The notes beneath the pieces are model-generated. The model did no database searches, was not told the origin of the DNA, and saw only the letters and a list, made by a program, of their open reading frames with translations. Below are positions 25,101 through 37,100 of a DNA stretch of 64,000 bases, one piece after another; the stretch's first letter is position 1; each line of letters begins with the position of its first letter. The stretch comes from Phoronis australis. Taxonomy: Eukaryota; Animalia; Phoronida. A program made the translations under genes and the position numbers. Where the stretch lies: assembly GCA_002633005.1 (NCBI GenBank), contig NMRA01000391.1, positions 1-64,000 of the forward strand, in the 5' to 3' direction.

Positions 25101-28100
25101 AACTTCTCAAGAAATAGCCGAAGAACAGAAAAGGAAATTTCGAAGTATTTTGCGTTCGTCTGACTCATAGATTTTGAGACATCTATGATCTAACCTAAAT
25201 CATTTGGTCACGTGGTATTTGCAACGTCGTTTTCTATGAACACGGTCTCAAATCATCGATTGTTTACGTTCCATAAGTTCTCTAATTAATCGAATTTTGT
25301 GGGTTTGTTGCAGCTATGCTCCGTGATGAGTAAAATGAAGTGGAAAATGCAAATATGTGGAAAACAAGAGGCCAAAGTAATTGATAATCGTAAAGTTTCA
25401 CGAGACTTGTCTTTTCCTAAGCAATGTATAAGCACTTACGGTCCTTAAAGATCTTAATCTTGCTTGCCATGTCTGCAAACTTGACTAATTTCGTCTTCAT
25501 GGTGGGCGACATGTAGTGAGCGTCGTCATTATCAAATATTATGTCATCTCTCTTCAGGTTTGATAATCTGATAGTAAAAGATCCAAGAAGATGTTATCAG
25601 TAGCAACATTTGCGAGAAGCCATTAATTCGCAGGTGAAACATGAGAAATGTCTAAAGGAGAAGAGAAGTCCCATGCACCTTTTCGCTCAGTCAATTCGTG
25701 CTCAATCAAACGTTATATTTATGGGGATTAAAGGAAAATCTTTGACATTGTCAATCATACGGAACAAGATACATGTTCTTTACTACAGTCTAGAGTGAAG
25801 AAATAATGATGTTTTAATGCAAATCGTTATCCGGTTTCAATCAGGAACTAAGAGATAATAACTCTAGTTAGATAACAGAACTAGCTAAAACATAACAGCG
25901 TCATGGACATTTACCTTTCGTCCGTCTTTTTGGTAATCGCCGTACCCTCTTTTCCGCATGGCGGCTGAGAAAACGTTCCGATGCAGAAGATGTCTTGGTA
26001 CGCGATGAGAGCAATAGGTCCGTTCAGCAGCGATATGGTCTTCTTGAAACCAAGTGGAATAATGTTAAACGACCTGTAAACGTAAAAGAACGTTTACATT
26101 TAGTCAATCACAAGACACAAGACAGTCACGAAGGTTACCAGCCATTCTGAAAACGCGGCTGCAGAGTTGTTGACAACTGAGCTTAAACTTTCATTTCCCC
26201 ACACCTGACAAGTCGTCTGCTCTAAACAATCTGCCGTTGCGTACAATAACTAGGCAATTTTCTCAGCATATTTTGACCGAGACTTTGATCTTCAATTTAA
26301 CAGATTGTGACCGGATTAGTTCGAGCTCTTTGGTATGGAAAGTTTATTTATCTGTTACACTTTTACTGTGTTACATAGGGCGGCATTTCGAAACTTCAGG
26401 CTTTGGTTATACTTTTATATCGACAAACTGTATTTCGACAAATATGCAATATCGCGTAAATCTACTGTGAACCCAAGGCACAGGTTCGACCAAAAGGACT
26501 AGCTGCGATTTAAAGCACACCAACTCGCGACAACTGATTTGTCTTTTGACTTAGATTAGAAGAGATTCCTGGTAGTTCGTTGTTCCTCGACAGGTCAGAT
26601 TTAACAAGTTAGTTTGGTCCGGCAGGCCACGCCGAGACTAACGAACAACCAATAACTGTCAGTTGTTTCTAAACCAATCTAAATAAGACAAAAGTTAAAT
26701 CAAGTTTTACAGTGGTTTATAACACCTTTAACAAAATTTCCAACATTTAAAATCATCGAAAATTGACACAATTGTACCACCCATTTTGAAAGAGGGGTGC
26801 TGATCGACGTTCTGAAGTGGTAGTTCGTACTGTCCATAGTAAAAGGCGTTTTAATAGGACTAATTAGCTGATAATCCGATTCATGCGACCTGTTACTTCT
26901 TTTAAACAAGAGCAACGCAGAGCGTTGAAATGCGCCCACAATTGCACCGCATACGGTGTCCTTCTAGGGTTGTTTATTGGTACCATAAAGTGGCCAGTAG
27001 AGGGCATATATGTAGTATGGTGTACTTTGCAAAATGGAAAGGCATGGTCATTGTCTCCTCAATAGGCTAGGGGCAAAATGTGAGTAATCTTCATAATACA
27101 AGCACATCCTATACACCAGTTGCTTAAAGCACCACAGAAAGAATTAAAAACAAATTTACCAACATACGAGCACAGCATTAGAATGCCAGAAACAAATTTC
27201 TACTTGGAACTTTTCCTTCATAGTCACGAAGTAACACAAAGTATACACCTGAAGACCTATGAAAATACAGAGGTCAATGTAAAATACCAAAATTGCCACT
27301 AGAGGCAAATACTAAAATTGCCACTAGAGACATACCGGTAGTCAGAATCATCCTAAAGTCGTCATCGTCCGTTGTCAACATCACATAAATACACTTGCTA
27401 AATTTAGTAAAGATCCTGCAAACGGTTTGGGAGATACAGCCATGGGTGCAAAAAAACAAAACTGCCACTAGGAGGCGCCACAGTAGTCAAAATCGTCAGA
27501 AAATCATCGTCAACCGTCCTCTACATAGTAAGCATATACATGCCAATTTTCACAATCATCCTTTGAGCGGTTTGGTTGATAGAGGGCCGGACGCCGCCCG
27601 GACGGACGGACGGACGGACGGACGGACAGAGATGACAGCATAATGCGTCCACATATAAATATGTGGGCGCATAAAAATTGACAGATCCGTAGTCTGAATG
27701 GTTTGTAGGTTCAAGAAGCGTGCAATCAGGAAGTCTTCTCAAAAGAATAGGGCTTGCACCGGGTAAACGATTTGGTTAGGTTTGATTATGAGGAGCTTAC
27801 TTTTTATATTAGGAGACCTTCGGCACGAACCGGAATTGTCGATCTATAGACAGTTCAAACAATTTAGAATAAAAACCTCCTCTTTGTTGTTTGAGCTGAC
27901 TTACCCGCGATCATAGAGCCTTCGAATTAAATTCATTTTCGACTACTAACTCCCGCTCATTCAAAACACATCGTTGTTTACATCCAATGGGCCTGAACCC
28001 CTATAACGTTGGATAATCAGATGAAATGGAAATACAATGATTTCGTTTTATTAAGTGATAAGGCGTATACAGATTAATCTGACGCAGAAGGATATTAAGA

Positions 28101-31100
28101 AGAGCTCACCATTTATGTCCAACAACGGCGAGAGTTAATTTTACGGGCCTTATTTCCAAAATAACATTAACATCGAGCTTAAGGTCCAAACTGCCTAGTA
28201 TTGCGGAACCCATAACAAGTTCGGCCTCGAGTCCAAGCAGCAATTCAGGCTTTACTCTGAAAGATAAATAATGTAATGAAAGCGATAACTTTTCAGAACT
28301 GAGTCAATGTTGAGCAATAGAGATCTTTTTACAGCGAAGAGCTGTTTTTTGTCAACAAGGGAGCTAAGACTCTGGAAGTAATTGGTTATAAATCACATTA
28401 AAGGCTCTTTTAGAGGCCAAACTTCACAAATTTAGTCTGTAATAAAACAACTTTAAGGCTGCCGTAAATACGTGGTTGAGCCATGGAAACGAATGCTGAG
28501 TGAAGTATAATGAATCAGAATAGTCCTTTTGCGAGTTTATAACAATAACGCGAGATTATGTGAGATTTAACTGTGACGTTACGGGAAGTGGGTCAAAAGC
28601 ATGTCGTTTTGGCCATTTGCCCAATGCGGTAGCAGAGTGTATTCTGTTATTTTCTTCGAGTTTTTAGCCTTTTAGTTTGATAAATGCCAAACAAGCATTG
28701 CTGTTATGGCAAGTGAAATTCAGATTCGCACAACAATATGTTCTATCGCGTTCTGCACTAATTTCGTCTCGTGTATTTAAACGGGCGGTAGGCGAAATCC
28801 GCTCACTGATTAAGTGTTCACATCGTCAAAAATACATTCTACACCTAAAATTATCACCTGAAAGGCGCTTACTTTCTTCAGTGATCCTTTCTGCTTCTAA
28901 AAGTATGTTCGATGAAGCATAGCTACGGGAATTCAGGTGTCTTTGGCGAAGAATTCCAACTCCACTTTGTGGTTACTGTTAACTTTGACGGCAAAGTTTT
29001 TCAACTGAGTCAAGTGAGTATGAGGCAAAGGCAAGCGCGAGACTGAGCTCAGCGCGAGACCTGGCGCGTAACACTTGCGAAATAGCATGAGAAAATATAA
29101 AGTGAAAATTGTAAGATTTGTGTCCCTTGGACGTTTTGTTCGTCAACAGGCGTAATTTCACATAACTTCCTCAAAATGGCGCTCGGTGAGAAAAACTCGA
29201 GCGATCGAACCGCGAGGACATGGACATGTTCAAGTTATTTGTAGACTAAATTGTATCCAGAGTCAGGGTACGTGTTAATTATAACTCCATGTGCACATAT
29301 GCCAGTTTCATTTGATTTTATTTGCTGTATTTTGAAGTGAGTACTTTTTATGGGGATATACTATCGCCCCTGTATGCCTGCGGCATTCAGGCCTAGACCG
29401 AGTTAAGTTCCATTTCACATTACCAGTAATACGTAAACTAGATCACCCGCCAGCTTCTCTGCATAAACTAGGTCATCGCTTATGGACCAGTTAGCGCTTC
29501 ACACTCCGCGTGTCTACTTGAGAGATTTACCAGGAATTTTGTTCAACATTTTGTAGCCCAAAATTACCAAAGTTCAAGTATATTCCGTTAAAAAGGAAAA
29601 ACAAAACATATCATTACAGATGTCTGGCCAATACCAACAGTCACCACTCGTAAACAAGTCAAAGCCGTCCTTTTTACTCGTTGCCTTATTTCGCACTACC
29701 TCAATCGATTAGTTTTTCGCTATGCAACAATACAATATTGCCATAAAATCAACTTGTAATGACTCCTTTCAATTTTAAACCATGCCCGAAGTATTCGGAC
29801 ACAAATCATTATTAGGTACAAAGACGTTTTTTCTCTGAAGTGGATCGTGAACTGCTCAGATGAGTTTTTCTGACATAGCTACTTTGGTTTCAGTGCCTAA
29901 TATTAGCTCCCACAGGCCGGTCAAGGGCCAATCCTTGCTGTACGCACTACTGAGAGCATTGGAATCAAACTGTTATCTATAAACCAAACGTTTATTAGTA
30001 AGTATACTGGTCTGAACATAATCAGTGATTTAACCAAAAACTTCGAATTAACTAGACCCACTGATGATAGTCTATGATAAAATAAACTGATATCAAAAGG
30101 CCAAAATTGGCAATTTTCGGCCACCCCATTTAAATACAAAATTTTGTCTAATTTTCTTCAAACTCCTACATTTCAATCTTCATTATACTGACATCTGTTG
30201 GATCTATCGGCAACTAACCGCACATGAAAGGCTTGGTCGAAAATTATCGTTTTCTCACATGCACTTTCGGGTTTTCAGCGGCGATTCCACTGATCGAAGC
30301 GACAAATTAAGCCGAAACTTTGGCCATACTATGTTAAACATAATTTTTTTTCCAATTTTGCTGAAACTTGGCCACGTTTTCAATAAAATACTTATCTATG
30401 TTATGTGCTTTCGGCAAATGTGATTGGTTCATAAATAAGACCCCACGCTGTGTTTTCTGCGAATCCCATGTATCTTTGGAGAGGGCTGACTGAGTGATTT
30501 TAGCGCATGCGCAGTTCACGGTTTCAATATTGCTGGTAATGAGTCCGTTCACAGCTTCGCACAGCATAACAAGTTCGCATTTTCTTCGTCCATCCACAAT
30601 TATTCCACGATCCATCTACCGTCTCTTAAGTTGTGTTAACGTTTTAAGCGTAAAATTCACCATAAGAACTCCAGTAATATTTAGCGTGTGTAGCAAAGAC
30701 TCGAAGCAAAACAAGAGCAATATGGCGGGTTTTGCTCCTTTTCCGGTGACGTCACATTGACTAACGAGAAACTCGCAAGTGAGCTATTATGTTAGCGGCT
30801 CTCCCTTTTGAAAACTAGGTCAATTGTAGAATATGTTTCATTCTTTCACAAAGATATAGTAAACATATATAGACGCTGAGGTTGGCCAGTAATGAAATAT
30901 ATCAAATGAACACAGAAAAATCAGGAACCCCAACTGGGAATCGAACCACAGGTCTCAGGTGAATTGCTGATTGTATATATAATTGTCCAAATTCCGTGTG
31001 AAAAAGGCAAAACTCCGCTCATGGGATGTATGATTTAACCGGTGGCTGTCAGCCGTATTTGTACAGATATCGGGTCCTCAGTAGCTCAGAGCTGAGAGCA

Positions 31101-34100
31101 CTAGACCGGCAATCTAGAGGACTTCACAAAGAAGTGACGAGAGTTGAATCCGGTCTCGATGAGGATATTTAGAGCACATTATGTTAGCTTATGATGGTGG
31201 GACACGGTTATTTACCATCTTGTTCTCTAGTCAGAAAAGTCAGCTGGTGAAGGGATTTATGTTAAGGAGACTGACATGAGAACATTTTCAAAGCCGCAAT
31301 GACCCCGCATTCCATCAAACTAAATTTGATTAGACAACTTACAGCTATGAAATTGGTCTCAACTTGTGTTCCTTACTCAGATGAGAAGTGATTTTTGGTC
31401 TTGCAAAGAAATGGCAATTCGTTATTGGCCTTGAAAACATGCTCAACAAATAAAATTAAACGTCGTGACTAGTCAGTTCGCAGAGCAATTGATCTCCATC
31501 ATAGTGGCGGATCTAGGATACCATAAGGGGGGCCAACATATTGCCTCGGGGAATTGGGCAAAGTGCGAGGGTATGTTGTGCACAGTCGGCCCAAAAGTTG
31601 CAGGGGGCTGAGGGTGCGGACCTTCTGTTCGGAAAATCTATCGCCAAAAAACGGGCACTCGATCCGTCGCAATTTGGGGTCTGAGCTCCCCCTCCCTCCC
31701 CCCTTCTCCACTGCCGTTCCTAGTTGCTGAACTCAATATTTCCTCACGCTTCAGGCTCTTGCTGTTTCATTTTGCTTACGGCAGCCAAGGGGGGGGCGGG
31801 CCCCCTGTCCCCTATATACGTCTATGCATCAACAAGGAAATGTCGGTACTTTGCGAGTCCACAACTCACGCCTGTTTTGACTTGAGAACCATTCGAGATC
31901 CATTTTAGAACGACAAGTGATCGAGTTTATAGCCTATGTAAAGGTGGGGCGTTTCGGGGCTGATTAGCCGTCAATATTGAATTATTAACCGAAGCCCAAT
32001 TAATTCTTGAAGGTTTTCTTGAGTATCTGGAGACTTCCATGTTTATGATAGCTGGCTTTACCATGGCAACGAATTTTTCATTTTTGGCAGTTAGACACTG
32101 ACGAAATGCATTTTCAATCTTACTTCCCCCTAACTACTTCAGGTGATTTCGAGGAATTTACTTTAAAAATATGCAAAGCTTTTCGACGGGTTGATAATGA
32201 AATGTCAAATCATTTCGTGATCAAAATTGTTCCCCATATAAATGCAAGACGTCCAGCCCATATCTTGCAACCTGCTGCGCGGCAAAACCGAATTGATATT
32301 GATACGCTGGCAAACAACACTGATTCATGGTGAGATTCCCTACTTACCCAATTGCAACTGGAGCAAGAAGTGCTATTTCAAAAACAAATTCGCTTAATCC
32401 CCAAGCTAAACCAACAGACACCTCTACCTACAATACAATTAACAAGAAATGTTTCACAGTTCCAATTACTGGTAATCTTTTTTACAGATAGCGTGAGTCG
32501 TGAGAAGTTATACACACAAAGGATACCAGCCAAGCTCATTCGGCACGGTATTCGTCAATTCCGTATAACGTTCTCTTGTACATTACTACATAAAACGAGG
32601 TTAGAGAGGCATTGCTGACATCAAGCCAAAGCTGTGAACTTACTACTGGCATGAAGCAATTACTAATGCAGCACACAGTAGGCCACACAGTAGAATCTTT
32701 ATGATAAGACTCTAATATTTCTTGTGGCTCATTTGAGATATGTTACACTACCTTTGAAAATTGAGATGGTTATGTTCGCTTGGGCATATTGTGTAAAGTT
32801 TGAATTATGACAGTTATGAAGGAGATGGAAATCATATTGTTTTGATGTGTTTAACATATTGTTTTGATGTGTTTTAAATATGAAATTTAAAGCTGTATTT
32901 TACACCTTTTTAGCTGCCAATGTTGAATTCCTAACCAAATCACTTTGATATTTAAAAAGATTACCACGCTCATCCAACAGTGAATTATTGCTGATCGAGC
33001 CGGTAACTCAAGTCACAGGCTACATGAGCTATTTTCTGATCCACAATTTCAAAGCTTGTCAACCTCAACGACCTCTAAACCGTTTTGTTGAGTCGTTGAT
33101 GTTCTTGTTGATAACGGAGATGAAATTTTATTATTGTCAGAAATATTATGAGCCTGATTTTGTGAGAATAGGAGGTCTAATTCTAAATGCAGCTACAAGA
33201 GGAGAGATCGCCATTACGAATGGGTTTGATTTTCATTTAAAAGCATTAGTTAATTACATAAAACACGTTGTAGAAGTCAGCAAGCATTCTTGAAGAAAAA
33301 TTATAGTGGCTGCCTTACAGTAATGTTAGTAAGGTGACGTACAAGCCCATGTGGTTGGAGATGTCCACGCTTGCCTTGTGTCCTTATGTTCAATATTACT
33401 GGTGAATCAATGTCATCATTAAAACAACAAATAGATAATATATAGAGACCAAGTTGTGCAACGCATTTCGCGCCACATCAAACTTTCATCTTTTCTAACA
33501 AAATTTTGAACCACAGAATTTTTCTCAAGCGCAAAACCATGCAGACGACATATATATCGAAGATTAAATATTTTACCTCTGCTGACTTCACCACTGACTT
33601 CACAGCACATGGGCGGCGCAGCACTGAAAAATNNNNNNNNNNNNNCCCCCCCCCCCCCCCCAGCCCCCTTGTGGTGCACTAGACCATGGGTAGCGCTTTA
33701 CTATCGTCGCAGTAACGTTGCACACGTGAACCTGGAAGTCCGTTTCATAGTGGATGGTTATACTCTGGTATCCGTGGTAGTGTATAATCTATATTCTGCC
33801 ATAGGTACCAAGGACCAAATTTTTAGAACTCTCCAGCGAGGCCTATTGGCGACTTCTGGATTCACACGTGCATTGTACATCGACGATTGCATTATGAACG
33901 AGTGCAAGGGACTGGTATGAAGTCTGTTAGCTTGTACGAATAAGTGCAATGCAAACGTTCCAAAGATAACACGTTGGCGTTCCTTAAAATACACGCCTGT
34001 TTAGGGAGCTCATTGCAAGTAATGTGCGGATATTTCAGACGTTATTCGTTTCCTCTGTACCGTAAATATGTACCTTTGGATAAATACTGAGGCTACCAGT

Positions 34101-37100
34101 GATTTTCGCTGCGATATCCACTTTTGGTGTGTGAGCTTTAAAGGGAACAATCTTCTTTTCCGTTGTTGTCGTTGCAGCAGCGTCACCTATCTTTTTGTTC
34201 TCTGAAAAAAGTAAAAAAATGGTGTAGGTTAGCTCATACCAATGAGGATAGGTTCCAGAAAAAAACATTTGGCTATGGAAGCTGAATCATGATTGGTGGA
34301 TGCCAAAACCAAACCGAACCCTGAGGGTGTGCTTCCGAAGGCTATGGTTATGAGAACAACATGCGCGCACCCAGGGGGGGAGGCGGACTCTGCGGACTCG
34401 AACGAGCNCCCCCCCCCCCCCCCATTTGGCGAAGTGGGCAACAAGGTCCTTCTCAGAGAAACAAAAACTCCGAAAATGTTGAAAACGAGACAAAAGACCA
34501 CTGCAAAGTCAGGAACTATCAAAATTCGGCGAATGCACAGTATTCATAGCTCTGAATCTTAGTAAAGGTCCACATTCTCAAAAACTCGAGCCCCTTCCAT
34601 TTTTTTAGGCTGGGTGCGCCCATTTACAATATATAGAAAACCAGTTTCCATTGTTTTTTGTCTGAGTCATGAGAAGTCGTTTCCACCGAGATGTTAACAA
34701 GGCCGGAAATTGACCTTCATTTTTGGCGTTGTCTGTGCATGCCATCGTTAGCCGCAACTCCACACATCTGAGATAAAATGAGTTCTAGGCTAAGTTTCAT
34801 TGCTTTGATTGTGCGCACATCCAGTTAGAGTAAAAGCTTCAATTATGCAATTCATAACAATGCCGAGTATTTGATGCAGGAGTCACAAACTTACCCCAGC
34901 TAAACTCAGCAGTCGAATGAAATCCCGTGGTGGCTTCCAATTCGGCTACAGCTGTAAATGCAGCCGAGAACCAAAGTTCAGCTGCAAGTGCGACCTTCAA
35001 GTTCAGACCCCATTGTGGTACAATGGGAATAAGAATGCCAAGAGGTACTTCGCCTCGCCAAAGACGCTTGTCGTACGATATAGAAAATTCACCAGTAACT
35101 TTGAGTTTCACGTCAATGTTCAGTTTCGCAGACGCTTTAAACTGAAGACAAAAGGTTTATTTTATGCATGTTGAATGAAACAAGGTAGTCAAATTACTTA
35201 CTTTCTTACCAAGTATCACATTTGTTAATATATCCTTTTGAATCCTTATTTCCAACCGGTGATATCATTTACTTTCGAAACTTCTGGTAATAACAGAAAT
35301 ACAGTATGTGTATATATGTAGTCACGTAGAAACATGTTTTTATAAAATAAATGAAAATACGTGACTACAGAAACCCGAGTGTTCTTTTCATGCCCATAGT
35401 ACGTTTCGAAATCTAGGATTTTAAAAATTATAGTTTGACAGGTTGAACATTAGTATATTGCTGTATCCAAACAGACGAATTGAAGGAATATGACTTGTGG
35501 TGGGGTAACTAGACAGCTATTGTATATTTAGCCAACACATGCATAAAGATATGTTTTGAGTGTAATAGACACATGGCTAATGTATATATCTGGGCTGAGT
35601 GGGGTGCCTCAAGTGAACTATAGCTTTCAGGTCAACTTGTGGCTAGGACAACTGGGACGTCTCAGATTACACAACGAAAGAACTCTCGTTTATCTCGGAG
35701 GTCGTTGTTTTCGTCGCCCTCGTTCTGCTTCTGGTATATCAGGCACATTTTCAGAGTCATATCATCTCGGAAACCGTGTATGGCGACGGAAATATTTCCA
35801 ATTTCAAACGGAAATGAAAAGGTATAGTCCAGGACATGGACTCTGTTCGGTTCAACATTAAGCTGACTAACTTGCGGTTAGTGTCAAGTTTATCAAACTT
35901 TCATGCGTCGGAGTTGTAGCCTACAGCACAGTTGTAATACTTCACATGCGCGCACCCCAGGGTGGCACGGGGGGCTCATTTGGCGCGAAGTGGGCAAAAA
36001 GGTCCGCTTCAGAGAAACAAAATGTCCGAGCAAACGAGACACACAGTTCACAGTTCTGAAGGTGGTACCCCGTTTTTTTCTAGTCCTCACGATTTTTGTC
36101 AGCGAAAGGTCCACATCGCCAGAAATTCGAGTTCCCCCCATGTTAAAGGCTGGGTGCGCGCATGCTTCATTAGCACTGGAAGGAAGAAGAGCCGAATAAT
36201 GCAGTCGAAACAATATGTAAAGAATACGACTTCACCAAAGAGCATGTGGAGCTCCGTTGGCGCGAAAACGAGGATATAAAAGTGCTGACGGATGTTGCAG
36301 CATCGTGGGTATACACAGCGAAATTCACGTGAGCTATCACCTCAGGTATCGTTTATTTGAGACAGCCCGCTCGCCTCTTAGCTCTCTGCTTGCGATGGCC
36401 CCTAAGGGAGATGACCAAGGATGAATTCCTCCACTCATGATTTGATGTATATTTGTCGTGAGTGTTCGGACAGTATACCTTCATTAGGGTCCCGATTCGT
36501 ACATAGTGGTAAGGTGTTAATAGATCGTACCCTGTCCAAATATTTGGTAAGAAAAAAATTGATGAGGGGACCTTGAGCAACCAGGTCAAGTTACGAAACC
36601 ATGTCGAGGAAAAGTGATGGGAGCGAAATGCCTTTGCAATCAAGGAGAATTAAAATCTGTTCAACTGTACTACAGTGCTTAAAAATCCTTAAGCACCCGC
36701 TCCCTTCAAGAAATGTTTTTGATTAGTTCAACTGTGTTGTTTAAATAAGTTGGGATGACGTAGACTACTTCTCAGTGCGGGCAATGAAGCCGATTTGGAG
36801 AGGGTATAAAGCATGCGCGCACCCAGGGGGCTCGGGGGGCTCNCCCCCCCTAATTGGCAAAGTGGGCAAAAAGGTCCGCCCCCGGGAAACAAAAAGTCCG
36901 AGAAAATCGGACAAAAGCCCACTAAATAAGGACAAACGCACAGAGGTTCGCCCGTTTTTTTTTAGACCGGCCGCCCTTTTGTCAGCAAATGGTCCACAAC
37001 GTCGGGAATTCGAGCCCCCTCATATCGAATATCGAACACTGGGTGTGCGCATGTAAAGGGTGATTTCGGTGGCGAAGTGTTTGCAGATTTTATCGTAGCT

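Noticed and set aside
24883-25170. Harbinger-like transposase fragment (AIFGDRGF)
   Set aside because: One short motif only; flanking similarity unconvincing
28453-33317. ttaaggctgcc...ggctgcctta as ends of one Kolobok element
   Set aside because: Imperfect match, no right TTAA, and the span contains host exon 8
35265-35267. Selenocysteine codon
   Set aside because: Probable 3' UTR is very short (AATAAA at 2258) with no evident SECIS; context suits Trp or alternative splicing
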